Of a stretch of DNA of 64,000 nucleotides, positions 13,579 to 25,619 are shown piece after piece. The stretch covers positions 113,028,001-113,092,000 of the forward strand of contig NC_087436.1 of the NCBI RefSeq assembly GCF_036321535.1, written 5' to 3'. The stretch's first letter is position 1. Every line of letters starts with the position of its first letter. The DNA is from Camelus dromedarius. Its lineage: Eukaryota. The notes beneath the pieces are model-generated. The model saw nothing but the letters and a program-made list of their open reading frames with translations, was not told where the DNA came from and searched no databases. Both the position numbers and the translations under genes were made by a program.

Positions 13579-13891
13579 AAAAATCCATCAATATAATACA
13601 TCTCATTAACAGAACAAAGGACAAAAACCACATGATCATCTCAATTGATACAGAAAAGCACTTGACAAAATTCAACATCTTCTTATGATAGAAACATTCA
13701 ACAAACTAGGAATAGAAGAAAATTACCTCAACATAGTAAAGGCCATACATGAAAAGCCCACAACTAACATGATCCTCAGGGGTGAAAAACTAAAAGTGTC
13801 TCCTCTGAGATCAGGAACAAGGCAAGGATGCCCTCCTGACGACTTCTATCCAACAGAGCACTGGACGTCCAAGCCAGAGCAAGTAGGCAAG

Positions 13892-14264
13892 TGCTGTGGA
13901 CCGAATGTTCGTGTCCTCCCAAAATTCATATGTTGAAATTTAAGCCCCAGTGTGATGGTACTTGGAGATGAGGCCTTTGGGAGGTGATTAGGTCACAAGG
14001 TGGAACTATCATGAATGGGATTAGTGCCCTTATGAAAAAGACTCCAGAGAGCTCCCTGCCCCTTCTACCGTGTGAAAACACAGCAGGAAGACAGCCACTT
14101 ATGAACCCCAAAGCAGGCCCTCCTTACCAGACACCAAATCTGCTGGTGCCTTTATTTTGAACCTTATCTTGGACTTAGGATCCAGAACTGTGAGAAGTAA
14201 ATTTCCTGCTGTTTATATGCCACTCTGTCTATAGTTATCTTAACAGGGCAAACAGGCTAAGATG
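13892..14264 (+). mobile_element. ERVL-MaLR solo LTR (MLT1A-like) nested in L1
   Basis: tgctgtggaccgaatgtt...ccaaaattcatatgttgaaa...ccagaactgtgagaagtaaatttc...ctaagatg, with 5-bp flanks gcaag / ggaag. Confidence 0.85.
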
Positions 14265-16860
14265 GGAAGAAAAAGTTACAAAAGGCATCCAGATTGAGAA
14301 GGAAGAAGTAAAATTATCTCTGTTTGAAGATGACATGGTCTTATATGGAGAAAACCCTAAAAATTACACACACTCACACACACACACAACTGTTGAAACT
14401 AAGAAGCAAATTTAGCAAAGTGGCAGGATAGAAAATTAATATGCAAAAATGAATTGTGTTTCTATACACTAACAATGAAAAATCTAAAAAAAGGAAATTA
14501 AGAAAATAATTCCATTTCCAACAGCATGAAAAGAATAAAATACTTGGGAATAAACTTATCAAAAGAGGCGAAAAACTAGTACACTGCCAACTACAAAACA
14601 CTGCTGAAATAAATGAAAGACATAGTAAATGGAAAGCCATCCCATGTTCATAGATTGGAAAACTTAATATTGTTAAAATGTCAGTACTACCCAAGGCAAC
14701 CTGCAGATTTAATGCAACCCCTGTCACAATCTCAATGGCATTTTCACATAAAAAAGAAAAATTCATACTAAAATTGATATGGACCCCAAAATAGCCAAAC
14801 CAATTTTGAAAAAGAAGAACAAATTTGGAGATCTCAGATGTCCTGATTTCAAAACACATTACAAAACTACAGCAATTAAAACAGTGTGGTACTGGCATAA
14901 AGATAAAATGCAGACCAATAGGATAGAATAGAGAAACCAGAAATAAAACCTTGGGAATATGGTCAAATAATTTTCCACAAAGATGCCAAGACCACTCAAT
15001 GGGAAAGAGGTGGTGTGTTCTACAAATGGTGCTGGGGAACTCTCCATCCACATGCAAAAGAATGAAGTTGGATCTTACCTTACACAAATAAACTCAAAAT
15101 GTATTAAAGACACATAAATGTAAGGCCTAAAATTATAAACTCCAGGAAGAAAACAGGAAATCTTCATGACATTGAATCTGGCAATGACTTCTTGGTTATG
15201 ACAACAAAAGCACAGGCAACCAAAGCAAAAACAGACAAACGGGACAACCTCAAACTTAAAAACTTCTGTGCATCAAAGGATACAATCAAGAAAGTGAAAA
15301 AACAGACTTTGGAATGGGAGAAAATATTTGCAAACCATATATCTGATAAAAGATTATTACCCAGAATATTTGAAGAACTCCTACAACTCAATAATAAAAA
15401 CAAATGATTTGGCCAGACACTGGGCAAATGATAGGCATTTTTCCAAACATGATATACAAATGGTCAACAAGCCTATGAAAAATGGTCAGCATCACTACTT
15501 ATAAGGGAAATGCAAATCAAATCCACAATGAGAAAACCTCAAACCCAAACAAACAGAAAATAACAAGTGTTGACAAGGATGTGGAGAAACTGGAGCCTTT
15601 GTGCATTGCTGGTGGGAATGTAAAATGTTGGTGCACCCACTGAAAAGCAGGATGATGGTTCCCCGAAAGTAAAAGTAGAAATACCACAGGAACCATCAAT
15701 CTCACTTCTTGGTATGTCTCCAAAAGAGTTAAAAGCAAGATCTTGAAGATACTTGCACATTGATATTGAAAGCAGCATTATGAGCAATAGTCAAGATGTA
15801 GAAGCAACCCAAATGTCCAGGAAGGGTAAATGGATAAGCAAAATGTGGTATAGACATGGAATATTATTCAGCCTGAAAAAGGAAGGGATTCCTGTCACAT
15901 GCTACAGTGTGAATGAACCTTAAAGACATTATGTGAAGTGAAATTAGCCGGTCACAAAGACAAACTCTGTATGACTCAACTTACATGAGGTATCTAAAGT
16001 AGTCAAATTCATAGAAACAGAAAATAGAACGGTGGTTGCCAGGGGCCGAGGGGCAGGGGAATGGGGAGTTATCGTTTAAAAGGGATAGCATTTCAATTTT
16101 ACAAGATGAAATAGTTCTGGAGCTCTATTGCACAACAATGTGATGAGAGTTAACTCTATTGAACTATGCATTTAAAAATGATTAGGATGGAAAATTTTAT
16201 GTGTTTTTTTACAATTAAAAAATATTCTGGCAGAGATGAAAAAAGAAAAACAAATGAGGCAAAATCTTGTTAATCCTTGAATCTGCTGATGGGCACACAA
16301 GGTTCACTAGATTTTATCTACTTCTGTGTATGCTTGAATTTTTCTCATAAAAAATAGAGGCTCCAGAGGGCATTATGTTTAGGATCTTAATGGCTTGGCA
16401 GTTGAATTGGTGTCATCTGATTTACTTTAAGTGTATCAAAAGCTGTGCTGATTACCATACACATAAAGCCTTAATTGATGGGCTGAAGAGTTGTTAGTAG
16501 AGGAAATAGAGTTATGTTTCCAATTTTGCTGGAGAAAAAAATAATAATAAAAGGGGTAGAGGAGAAAATGGGCTTGTGTGATGAAAATTCCTTTCTCTAA
16601 AAAGCAGCCAGCCTACTTAAAGTCACGGGAGAACCATGTTCCCGACCCTGTGTTCTTATAGCCAGCCGGAGCGAGATGGGGCAGATGGGGAGGACTATGG
16701 AAGATGCTCCCATCACTTGGCCAGTCCAGCTTCAGTGTAGCCTCTCCCATCAACTGATTCTGCCACAAGGCTACACAACCTGAGTGGGCGGGCCATGTCT
16801 GAAGCATTTGCTGTTATGCGTAGGTCAGAGTTCTCAACAACTTCCAACCCCCCCCCCCCC

Positions 16861-17032
16861 TTTTTAAAATTGAAGTATAGTCAGTGTACAATGTTGTGTC
16901 AATTTCTGGTGCACAGCATCATGTTTCAGCCATCCATGTACATACATGTATTCCTTTCCCTGTTCTTTTTCACTGTAGGTTACTACCCGATATTGACTAT
17001 AGTTCCCTGTGCTGTACAGAAAAAACTTGCTT
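16861..17032 (-). mobile_element. Short 3' end of a lineage-specific L1
   Basis: ttttaaaattgaagtatagtcagtgtacaatgttgtgtc...gactatagttccctgtgctgtacag, same family as 695-893. Confidence 0.8.
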
Positions 17033-17299
17033 ATTGAGCCTCTGCCATGGACCAAGTATTGCTCTAGGCACTGGGATTAGGGTTCAGCAGTGAATGGAGA
17101 GATCAAAGTCCTGTTCTCAGGGAACTTCCGTCCGGGGGGGGGGGGGCAGGTACCTGGAGTGGGCCGGATAACTGAGTATGAGTGCTCTGAAGGAAAATAG
17201 ACCCAGAGGGGAGGACAGAGCAGGTGATGGGGTGGGGAAGTGCCATTTCAGGTAGAAGGTCAGCAAAGACCACTCCAGCCTCCACCTCTTCCCCGACAT

Positions 17300-18100
17300 C
17301 CAGACCCCTCCATCCATCCCCAATGCATATCAAATAGGCATCTGAAACCTTGCACGTCTTTTCCTGCTGTCTACCCTCAAACCTGTTCTTTCCACCATCT
17401 TTCTGTTCTCTGTAAATGGTCACTCCATTTCCCCAGTTGCTCACGTTGAAAAGCCTGGAGTCATCTTCCCTACTTCCGCAGTCCCGGCTCAATACAGCAC
17501 AAGACTGTTGGCTCTACCTTCCAGACCCCCAGATCCCCACACTCCTGTCCATCCCATCCACGATGACCCTGGCCCGAGTCCCCCGCCTCCACCTGTATTT
17601 CTGCTGGTGCCCTCTACCTGGTCTCTGGGCTTCTGTCCTTGTTCCTTCCAGAGTCAGCTCTTAGCCCAGCAGACTTCAGCCTGGAGTCTGCCCAGATCCC
17701 TCGTCTGCTCAACCTTCCCCTGGCTCTCATCTCACTCCAATCAAGAGTGGAAGGACCCACAAGGCTGGTCCAGTTCCCCTCCTCCCTTCTGACCCTATTC
17801 CTTCTTCTTCCTCTTACTCATTCTCCTGCCCCCTTGCTGTTCCTTAAACACACCAAGCCCTTCACCAAGCGCTTTAAGGCCACTTTCCTCAGGGATCCCT
17901 CATTTCCTCCAGGCCTCTGTGCTAACATCACCTTCCCGGGGAGGCCTCCCCCGATGACCTTTATAAAACAGCAAGCCTTGCTCTCACCGCCACGGCAGCC
18001 CTGTCCTGCTAATTTATCTTTCTCTCTAACACTTCCCACTACTGGCCATACAGTAGATCTACTGTGCTGCTTCTTCCTTTTTCATTTGTTTTCTTTTTTA
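17300..18100 (+). mobile_element. L2 LINE remnant
   Basis: Pyrimidine-rich L2 motifs: tgtaaatggtcactccatttccccagttgctc, ctggagtcatc, ccttgctgttccttaaacacaccaagc. Confidence 0.7.
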
Positions 18101-18522
18101 CCCTCTCATCCTGGAACTGGAATCTAAACTCATTGGGAGCTTTAAGGCATTCTATTCTTGTCCCCATTTTGCAAATAAAGAAACTGAAGTTTAAGGAGGT
18201 GGGGGAGCTTGCCCAAGCGAATAAGGAATTGACAGAGGCTGGTACCCACACTTTCTGATGCCAGAGACCGTGGTCTTCACTGACACACTCTATTGCTTTT
18301 CTGTCACAGTCTTAACAAAGGGATGAATGGAGAGCTTTCTGAGTAGACATCAAAGCCCGGGAATGCCAGGTGGTCCCGAGGCCTTCAGAGGCCAGTAAGC
18401 AGACAACCAGGATGCAGGCAGATCGGAGAGGAGTGAGAACACAGCTGGACGGGGCCAGACTGTGGAGGACTTTATGTGATGCTCATTACAGATTTCCGAG
18501 TAGAGGTTTAAAGAAAGATGAC

Positions 18523-18710
18523 TGTGGTGGTTTAAAAGTACATCCATAAATTTCTTGGACACACCTCTCTTTAAACGTGGAGCCTAACTCCCCTCTTCTT
18601 GAATACAGGCTGGACTTCGTTTCATGCCTCTAACAAATGGCAGTCATGTGTGATTTCCCAGGCGAGGTCATAAAAGACACGGGTGCTTCCGCCTCGCTCT
18701 GGATGCACAG
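18523..18710 (+). mobile_element. ERVL-MaLR LTR fragment (MLT1F/G-like)
   Basis: tgtggtggtttaaaag...gtggagcctaactcccctcttcttgaa...aggtcataaaagac. Confidence 0.65.
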
Positions 18711-19527
18711 CTTTCTGCATGTGGCCACGCGTTCCCGAGCCCTCGGTCTGGAGTCCTCTCCACTCAGCAGTCTACCATGGAGATGCCGCACATCCTCTGC
18801 TGTGTGCCTTGCCCAGCCCATCTCAGGTCAACACTCCTTGTGGCCCTCATTCCCTGGACTTCTCTGCCTCTCACTCTACTGTGCGTTGACATAATGAATG
18901 AAATCTGTTCCACTCTCCCATCCACACAACTGACTTTCTGCTGGTCTTGACCGCTCATTTCTGAGTGATGCCTGACCACCCAGGCTTCTTATCCATCAGA
19001 TACCTACCACTTCACTTCCAGGGATTTTTTTTTCTACATCTTGACCCATCAGTGCCACCAAGTCAGAGACAGCTTTCAGCTCCACCCTGGGCTGCCAGAT
19101 ACCAGCTGGTCATGACCTTGCTCAGGCGGCAAATCTTAGCTTTGTGTTGTTCTTTCCTTCACCAAATCATAAAGAGCAGCTTTTGTTTTTGTCTTGTTTC
19201 TTTCTACTCTTGACTAACACATAGATTGTCTCTTACTCTAAACACCTCAGTTACTGCTCATTTACCTATTTAAAACGCCAGTGCAGACTATATAAATGTT
19301 TAAAACAGTGCACACTATTTAAAATCCTTCCACATTCTTTTTTTTTTTTTTTTTTTGATTTGATCCTCACAATCACTCCCATGGTGACAGTGAAGAGTGT
19401 TTCCCCCATTTTGGGAATAAGAAAAGAACTCACGTTCCATGACAACACTGAGCCTTCATTATCAGCTACACTTTCTGACATTTCCCCCCTTGATTTTTAA
19501 AATAACTGCTTAAATATTCAATAGTTG

Positions 19528-19875
19528 TGCTGTGAACTGAATTGTGTCCCCACAAAATTCATATGTTGAAGCCCCAACCCTCAATGTGACTGTATTTGGA
19601 GATATGGTCTCTAAGGAGGGAGTGAAGGATAAACGAGGTTTTACGGGTGAGGCTCTCACAAAAGGATTAGTGTCTTTACAGGGAGAGACACCAGAGTGAG
19701 CCCACAGGGAGACAGCGGCCGCCCGCAAGCCAGGAACAGAGGCCTCGCTGGACTCTGACCACACTGACACCCTGATCTTGGACTTCCAGCCTCCAGAACT
19801 GTGAGAAAATAGATGTTGTTTGAGCCACCCAGTCTATGGCATACTGTGTTAGGACAGCCTGAGCATACTAAGACA
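19528..19875 (+). mobile_element. ERVL-MaLR solo LTR (MLT1A/B-like)
   Basis: TG...CA ends (tgctgtgaactgaattgtgtcccc ... ctaagaca), internal ccttgatcttggacttccagcctccagaactgtgaga-like motif, and 5-bp flanks agttg / aattg. Confidence 0.88.
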
Positions 19876-20730
19876 AATTGTAATCTTCACTAATGAATAA
19901 ATTTGCCCATTTAGGAAAGGAAGCAACTCTCTGGGATCAATCCTGGCTCTATTTTACTAATTGGTAACAGTTTTATTGTGTCACTGCTCTTGGATGGGAA
20001 CTGCATTTTTCTTAGGGTTGGCCTTCAGATGAGCCTGCTTCCAAAGCCTTCTAATTTCCAATAGTTACTTTCTTCCCCAGCTCAGCTCCAGGGAAACAGG
20101 GTATCAATTGTGTAATGATTAGGTAACAACTGAAAAGTATAACTCATCTTCTCCTCTGGTCTCTTCCATTTTTCATGAAAAGCAACAAGGGAGGGGTAGT
20201 AAGTTTCCCTACAATGATCTGATAATGACTGATGCTGACCGCAGTGGGGAAGAATAATGCTGTAAAATACAGGCCACGGTTTCTGGACGAGGAAGGGAGA
20301 GTGTGTGTCGGGGGGGGGGGGGGCTGGGGGGATAAAAGCAGGGGTCCACAAGGAGCAAGGTCCCCAAGAGCCTCAGAAACCTCCTCAGGTTTTCCAACAT
20401 CTCATTCCAGTCGATTTCATTAACAAATATGCCTTCCTAACTATTTCACCCTCCTTTGAATTTCTACCTATTTGACTATTTGCACCATTCTATTTCAGTG
20501 AATGCTTCCAAACTTATGTGGTTATATAAATATATCCTGGGATTGTGTCCTGTCTCCTAGACAGATGCTCACCTAGAAGATGACCCACAGAATTGGGCTG
20601 AAATCTGGCATAGGGGTGGGCAGTGGACATATATGAAAAATAATACCCATGAGAAATCCCCATGTTGCTCTGTGCTGATCACAAGAGGCGATTAATAACT
20701 ACTGGTTGAACAGAACTGAGAGACACTTAC

Positions 20731-20854
20731 TTCGTGGGCCTCGTCGACTCGTCATGCTCAGGAGGTGAGTGTCAGAACCTTCCTGCACGGGCTCCTGCTG
20801 GTCCTCGAGGTGGGAGTTTTCAGACACCATTTCCTTGGGGCCAGCAGCTGGCAG
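20731..20854 (-). CDS. CC2D2A: CC2D2A coding exon 3 ([42 protein letters not shown])
   Basis: Acceptor ctgcccacag|, 124 nt, donor A|GTAAGT. Similar to recalled human [41 protein letters not shown]. Not in the ORF track; read manually. Confidence 0.92.
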
Positions 20855-22776
20855 CTGTGGGCAGATGGTCAGAGGTTGTGACTCCCGGGGCTTTGGTTGA
20901 CTCAGATCCTATCTCAGGATGAGATGGGTCACTTAGCAAAGGGACAGATTGTAATACTATTCAGATCTAGATAACTGTCATCTCTGCCATGTGAGTCGAT
21001 GTGGTCCTCCCCTCCCCATCCCTCCAAGGAAGCGGTGTGGATCCTGAGTTTCTCTAAGAGGTTTCTTGGGCAAAATGCTTGCAGCATCCCAAAATAAAAT
21101 GAATATTTTCACTTTTTCTAGGTATAATGTGTAGCACTTTGTAGAAATCTGGAGGAAAAGAGAAGCAGGGAAATTACAACTGAACTATTTGATCCCAACT
21201 CCCAATTCATTTGGAAACAGTTGTCCAAGTGCCTCTGGTTAATCCAGGGCAAAGAATAGCCTCTGGTTCCTGCCCCAGACTCTTAGAGGAGGGCAGGAAG
21301 GGGCAAGCGTGGCAATGGAGGCCATGGGTGAGTGATGTCCTTAGGACCAGACAAAGGCTTGGCTCTGAACTCAGATTTACTATGGGACCCTGGGTGAAGT
21401 ATTGAACTTCTAAACTTCCTTCCTCCTCTGAAAAAAAGGAACTAAAAATAGCCCATTCACTGAGATGCTGCTATATATCAAGCATCATGCAAAGTGCAGA
21501 CATTCTGGTTTAAATAAATGGCCTGGGGTGGACCTGAGGCATTTAGTTAAAAAAAAAAATCCCCAAGTGATTTTGAAGTGCCACTAGGGTTAAGCAACAC
21601 TCCTCCAGATTTCTTGCCGACACCCTCAAAACTGCACCTTGTCTGTGACAGACGCTCTTGTGCAGTTCAGTGCGTGAGATGCCTCAGGGAAGTGCTGTGC
21701 CTGGAATGACCTCCTCCACTCCATCCCTGCCGCTTTCTGCCGGGCAGTCCAAGCTCCACCCCCCAGGCCTGGTCACCACTGCTCACTGTGCCTGTGGCCT
21801 TTGAGCTCTTTCCATCCGCACCAGCCCATCTGCTGTCGCGGGGCCCCCTGGCCCTGGATGCAGAGCCCCTGGCTGACCTGCAGGATGGGGTTAAAGCTTT
21901 CTCAGTGTCCAGAGGGACCAACGGTATGGCCAGGCAGCACCTCCCACCCCTGGTCCCTCCCCAGGACGGGTCCACACCAGCTGCAGAGAAGGGGGCTCCG
22001 GACGGAGCTCGTCCCCACAGGAGTGCTGTGGGTAAGGGGGAGCAGGGAGAGGGGTTTCTTTTCTGACTTGGGCTCTCGGTCCCGGTACCCTTCCCATCTC
22101 CCCGGCCACCCTTCTCCAGGCAGCCCCATCACGTGGCTGCTGGCTCAAAATGGCGCTTCCTTCCCCTCCCTCCCCTGCTGGCATCTGGCTGATTCCAAAC
22201 AAATCACCCATCCACGAGATCGTCCCTGCCTCCCTCCTCAGAGGACGACTCCTTTTCAAGAGAATTTATTTACCTTGAGAAAGTGGAGCTTGCACGGGGA
22301 TGATCACGGCCAGAGGGCAACTTCTGCAGAGGGCAGAACTGGGGGAGGGGCTGCCTGCAGGCCCGGGAGACGGGAATCAGCCTCTGGTTTCAGCTGAGGT
22401 GGAATTTGGGCTTGGAGTTGGAGAGAGTGGGAGTTCCCCAAGGTTTGTAATCCTGCACTGCCATCTATCGCCGGTCTTAGTTTATGACCTTTGATGACAA
22501 GTTGGAAGGGGCTTTTTCCATCATTTCTAAACTTCTCTCTGGGGGATGGGAAACACTTTAGAGGAAAAATGTTCCAAATACTGCCCATGGCTTCATTGTG
22601 AGGGTCCTCTGTCAGGCCCAGCACAGGGTCCACACCTGGACCATCCACTCGCATCCCTGCCTCTCCCAGCGAAGGCCAAATGCTGGTACCCACAGGAGGA
22701 TGCGTGGCATCTCTGCATGCAGCGGGTTATTAGCCAACAGCCTGCTAGACAGACTGTGCTTCTTGTCATTGCTTAC

Positions 22777-22860
22777 CTGTTTCTTTCTTTTTTGTCTTGG
22801 AACCTTCTTGGTCTTCTTCCGTTGCCCCTCATCTGCATCCTCACCATCTTCAATGAACTC
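22777..22860 (-). CDS. CC2D2A: CC2D2A coding exon 2 (EFIEDGEDADEGQRKKTKKVPRQKRKKQ)
   Basis: Acceptor ttttaacaaag|, 84 nt, phase 0-0, donor CAG|GTAAGC. Similar to recalled human [28 protein letters not shown]. Confidence 0.93.
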
Positions 22861-24919
22861 CTTTGTTAAAATGCAAATGGAAGAGTTGTCACTTGGTGTG
22901 TGTGTGTGTAAGTTGGGAAAGAGTGGTAAGCGAGGACCAGGGGTGTGATTTTTAGGTGTTAAAATTATCATCTTGCCCAGAAGCCTCCACCCACTAACGC
23001 TGAGTGTGTGTGAAGGGACAGTTGACCCATCTAAGCAGCCACCACCATCTACTTTTCCCCAAATTGACATGTTCTTGAAAAGCATATCCAAATGGGAAGT
23101 CAATGAGATGCTGTTGGAGCTTCCATTGCTTGTTCATGCACAGGGCATCTATTGAGTGCTTAATGTGTGTGCCCGGCCTTGGGGGCACAGAGATACTCCC
23201 CGTGACTTCCCTCAAAAGTTGTGATCTAATGAAGGCCACGAACAAATGAATCTGCCAGGACAGATGTTCGGGCCCAGACGGACAGACAACCCCAGCACAG
23301 GGTGACATCAGAATCATATTAGGGTTTTTTTTTTTCCAGGGCTGTGCTTCTCTGCTCCCTAGCCTGACTATCAGGTGGAGAATAGTGAAAATCCATGTTA
23401 AATCACCACAGAAGTCTCAATTTAAAAGAAATGTTTGCAGGTCTATTTGAAAAGGGAGAAATCCTTTAACAGTGCAAACTTTGATTCTTTTCCCATATTA
23501 TGCTTTCTAAAGTTTTAGTCATAAAATGTTAGAGCCAAACCCTCTCAAGTTTCAAGCTTTCACGTTTTCTAGTCCTAGAGTTTCACAAACCAGAGCACCA
23601 GCACCTGTGGGTATAAGAGAAGTTGCAAGAGGAACCCAGAACCTCTCCTGGTACATCTAATTTATTAGGCTTTTTTTCCCCTAAAATTGGGAAATTTCTG
23701 TTTTTATACTGAAACGAACTTGGAACACAAAGAATAGATTTTTAATCATCTAAGATGTCAAAAGACACGGCAGGCAGGTTGCTGGGCTAGGTTCCAACCA
23801 CACAGCGGCATCCTTGGTGTCACGTTAGAGACGGTGTGAACTTCAGTTGCAGACGAAGGAGCTGAGGTGCCAACCAGGGATGGGTGTAGCTGGGGCTTTT
23901 CCTTTGTCTGTGGGACCTGATCTCTCTGACTGATTTTCTGGGTGCAAGGCCCATCCTCACCCAGGCCTCCTTCTTCAGGGCCTATCGGGAATTCTCCAAC
24001 TTAAATTCTAAGATGATAGTACAGAGGTGTGCAATTGTGGTTCTTAATTCAACACTGTTCTTATTACCTTAGAGTAGACTTGTGAGAAAACTATGTCTTT
24101 TTTTTTTTTCTGGCTTTCCAATAATGTTTTGATCCTCCATCCATGGAAAACTCCAGTAGTAAACTTCAAATTAGACCAAATGTAAACTCCATGAGGGCTC
24201 AGGGCTTTTGTTCGCTGCTGTCTCCCCTGGGACCAGAGGCACAGTAAATATCTGTTGCATGAACGGATGAGCATGTGTAGATTTCGGTGATTTGTCAGTA
24301 CTTGGTATCTTGCTTAAAGTTCCTCTGCATGGTTTTATCTGGGTTCCTTCAGGCTTTTTGAAAATAGCGTATTGTCTCCACTTCTACCTCTGTGGTCTCC
24401 AGTGACTGAACGCTGGAGCCAAGAGAGAAGCAAGGACTGAGAGGAAGACTTTCCCTTCTGTTCGGAATGCTACAGTCCTCAAATTGGAGACGGCCTCCCT
24501 TCTCTGGTCCACATGGTGTTTAATGATGCTTCACATACAGTGAGTTAGAAGTTGCAGGACTCCATGAGACAGAGGATTCTATTAATGGTTGTAATCTGCC
24601 ATTGTTGGCCTCATTTTGAATTTCTTTAGAAATCAATGTGCTTCAGCAGAACTGGACCCCACGGTAGGTGGTAATTCAGAACTGCCGTGTATTGGAATTC
24701 ATGAGATGGTTACAAAGCCACTTCACGGCACTCCGCCCTGGAGCTGAGTTTCCTACTCCACCTGCCCCTCTTCTCCACGTGCCTGACATGGCACCTTCTG
24801 CATGCAGTAGGTGTGCAGTAAAGGCTCGTTGCTGGCCTAACTTCCTCACTCAACAGCCCGTGTGACATGAGCCTTAACACACAGACACACCCCCCAGGGA
24901 CATCTAAGCAGCCACTCAC

Positions 24920-24958
24920 CTCTGTAATTATTTTCACTTTTTCTTCCTTGGGATTCAT
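24920..24958 (-). CDS. CC2D2A: CC2D2A first coding exon (MNPKEEKVKIITE); exon starts about 24979
   Basis: Acceptor ttgcctggcag|, ATG at 24958-24956, 39 coding nt, donor GAG|GTGAGT. Matches the recalled human N-terminus MNPREEKVKIITE. Confidence 0.93.
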
Positions 24959-25386
24959 TTGTGCTGTGTCGGCTCCTCCCTGCCAGGCAAAGAACAAAGA
25001 AGTCAGGCCAGCTGAACTCAGGGAAAACATCTTCCTTCTTGTTGACAAACCGGAAGCTGACTTTGATGGTTAGGGGATTGTTGGGGCTGAGCAGACCTGC
25101 TATTCACAAGGAGTGCCTTCTTGCGGGTCCCAGGATAGGTGGTGATGAGCCCCAGAGAAGGAAAGAGGCCAGGCCCTCTGTCTCCACCGGCCTGGTGGTG
25201 AGCCTGGCTCTCCTGTGTAGGAGCTCGAGCCAGAAAGGGTTCTGCCCCTGGGGTAAGTGGCCTGGTTGGAATCCAGCTCCTAAAAGACTGTTTCACAGCC
25301 TCTCCTTTCCCCTCAAACCTTCACCTTCCCTTCTACCTTCACGCTCTACCTTTGGCCTTGGTTCTCATTTCAAGAGCGAAGAGATG

Positions 25387-25507
25387 GAGGGACGGTATAG
25401 CTCGGTGGTAGGGTTCCTGCTCAGCATGCATGAGGTCCCGGGTTCAATCCCCAGTACCTCCACTAAGAAATAAAATGAATAAATCTAATTACCGCCCCCC
25501 CTGAAAT
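25387..25507 (+). mobile_element. tRNA-Ala-derived SINE (Vic-1 type)
   Basis: A and B boxes plus tail; target-site duplication gagcgaagagatg (25374-25386) / gagcaaagagatg (25508-25520). Confidence 0.88.
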
Positions 25508-25619
25508 GAGCAAAGAGATGAAGCCAGAGAGGGGTTCCCCAACCTCCCACCCCCCGCAGCCCCACCCCCACCACACTGAGTCATGTCCCCTCCTGGGCTT
25601 CCGCTTGCTGCTGTGGCCC

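Larger units (their letters stand above)
13440..16222 (+). mobile_element. L1 (L1MA/MB-like) 3' half with degenerate ORF2 and 3'UTR, carrying two nested insertions
   Basis: ORF2 reverse-transcriptase-region remnants (KLGIEENYLNIVKAIHEKPT...PLRSGTRQGCP; TTKAQATKAKTDK...LKLKNFCASKDTI...WEKIFANHISDKRL), many frameshifts, and a 3'UTR ending tttacaattaaaaaa. Confidence 0.92.

Noticed and set aside
14374..15087. 237-aa minus-strand ORF and other L1-derived ORFs (13685-13936, 15192-15407, 44469-45676)
   Set aside because: Antisense or fragmented translations of degenerate L1 ORF2 with stops and frameshifts; not functional genes.
20232..20423. Plus-strand ORF containing RPRFLDEEG, reminiscent of the recalled CC2D2A motif QPRFLEDEG
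   Set aside because: It is on the wrong strand, the match is only about 9 residues with no flanking similarity, and it runs into a G homopolymer. Most likely chance.
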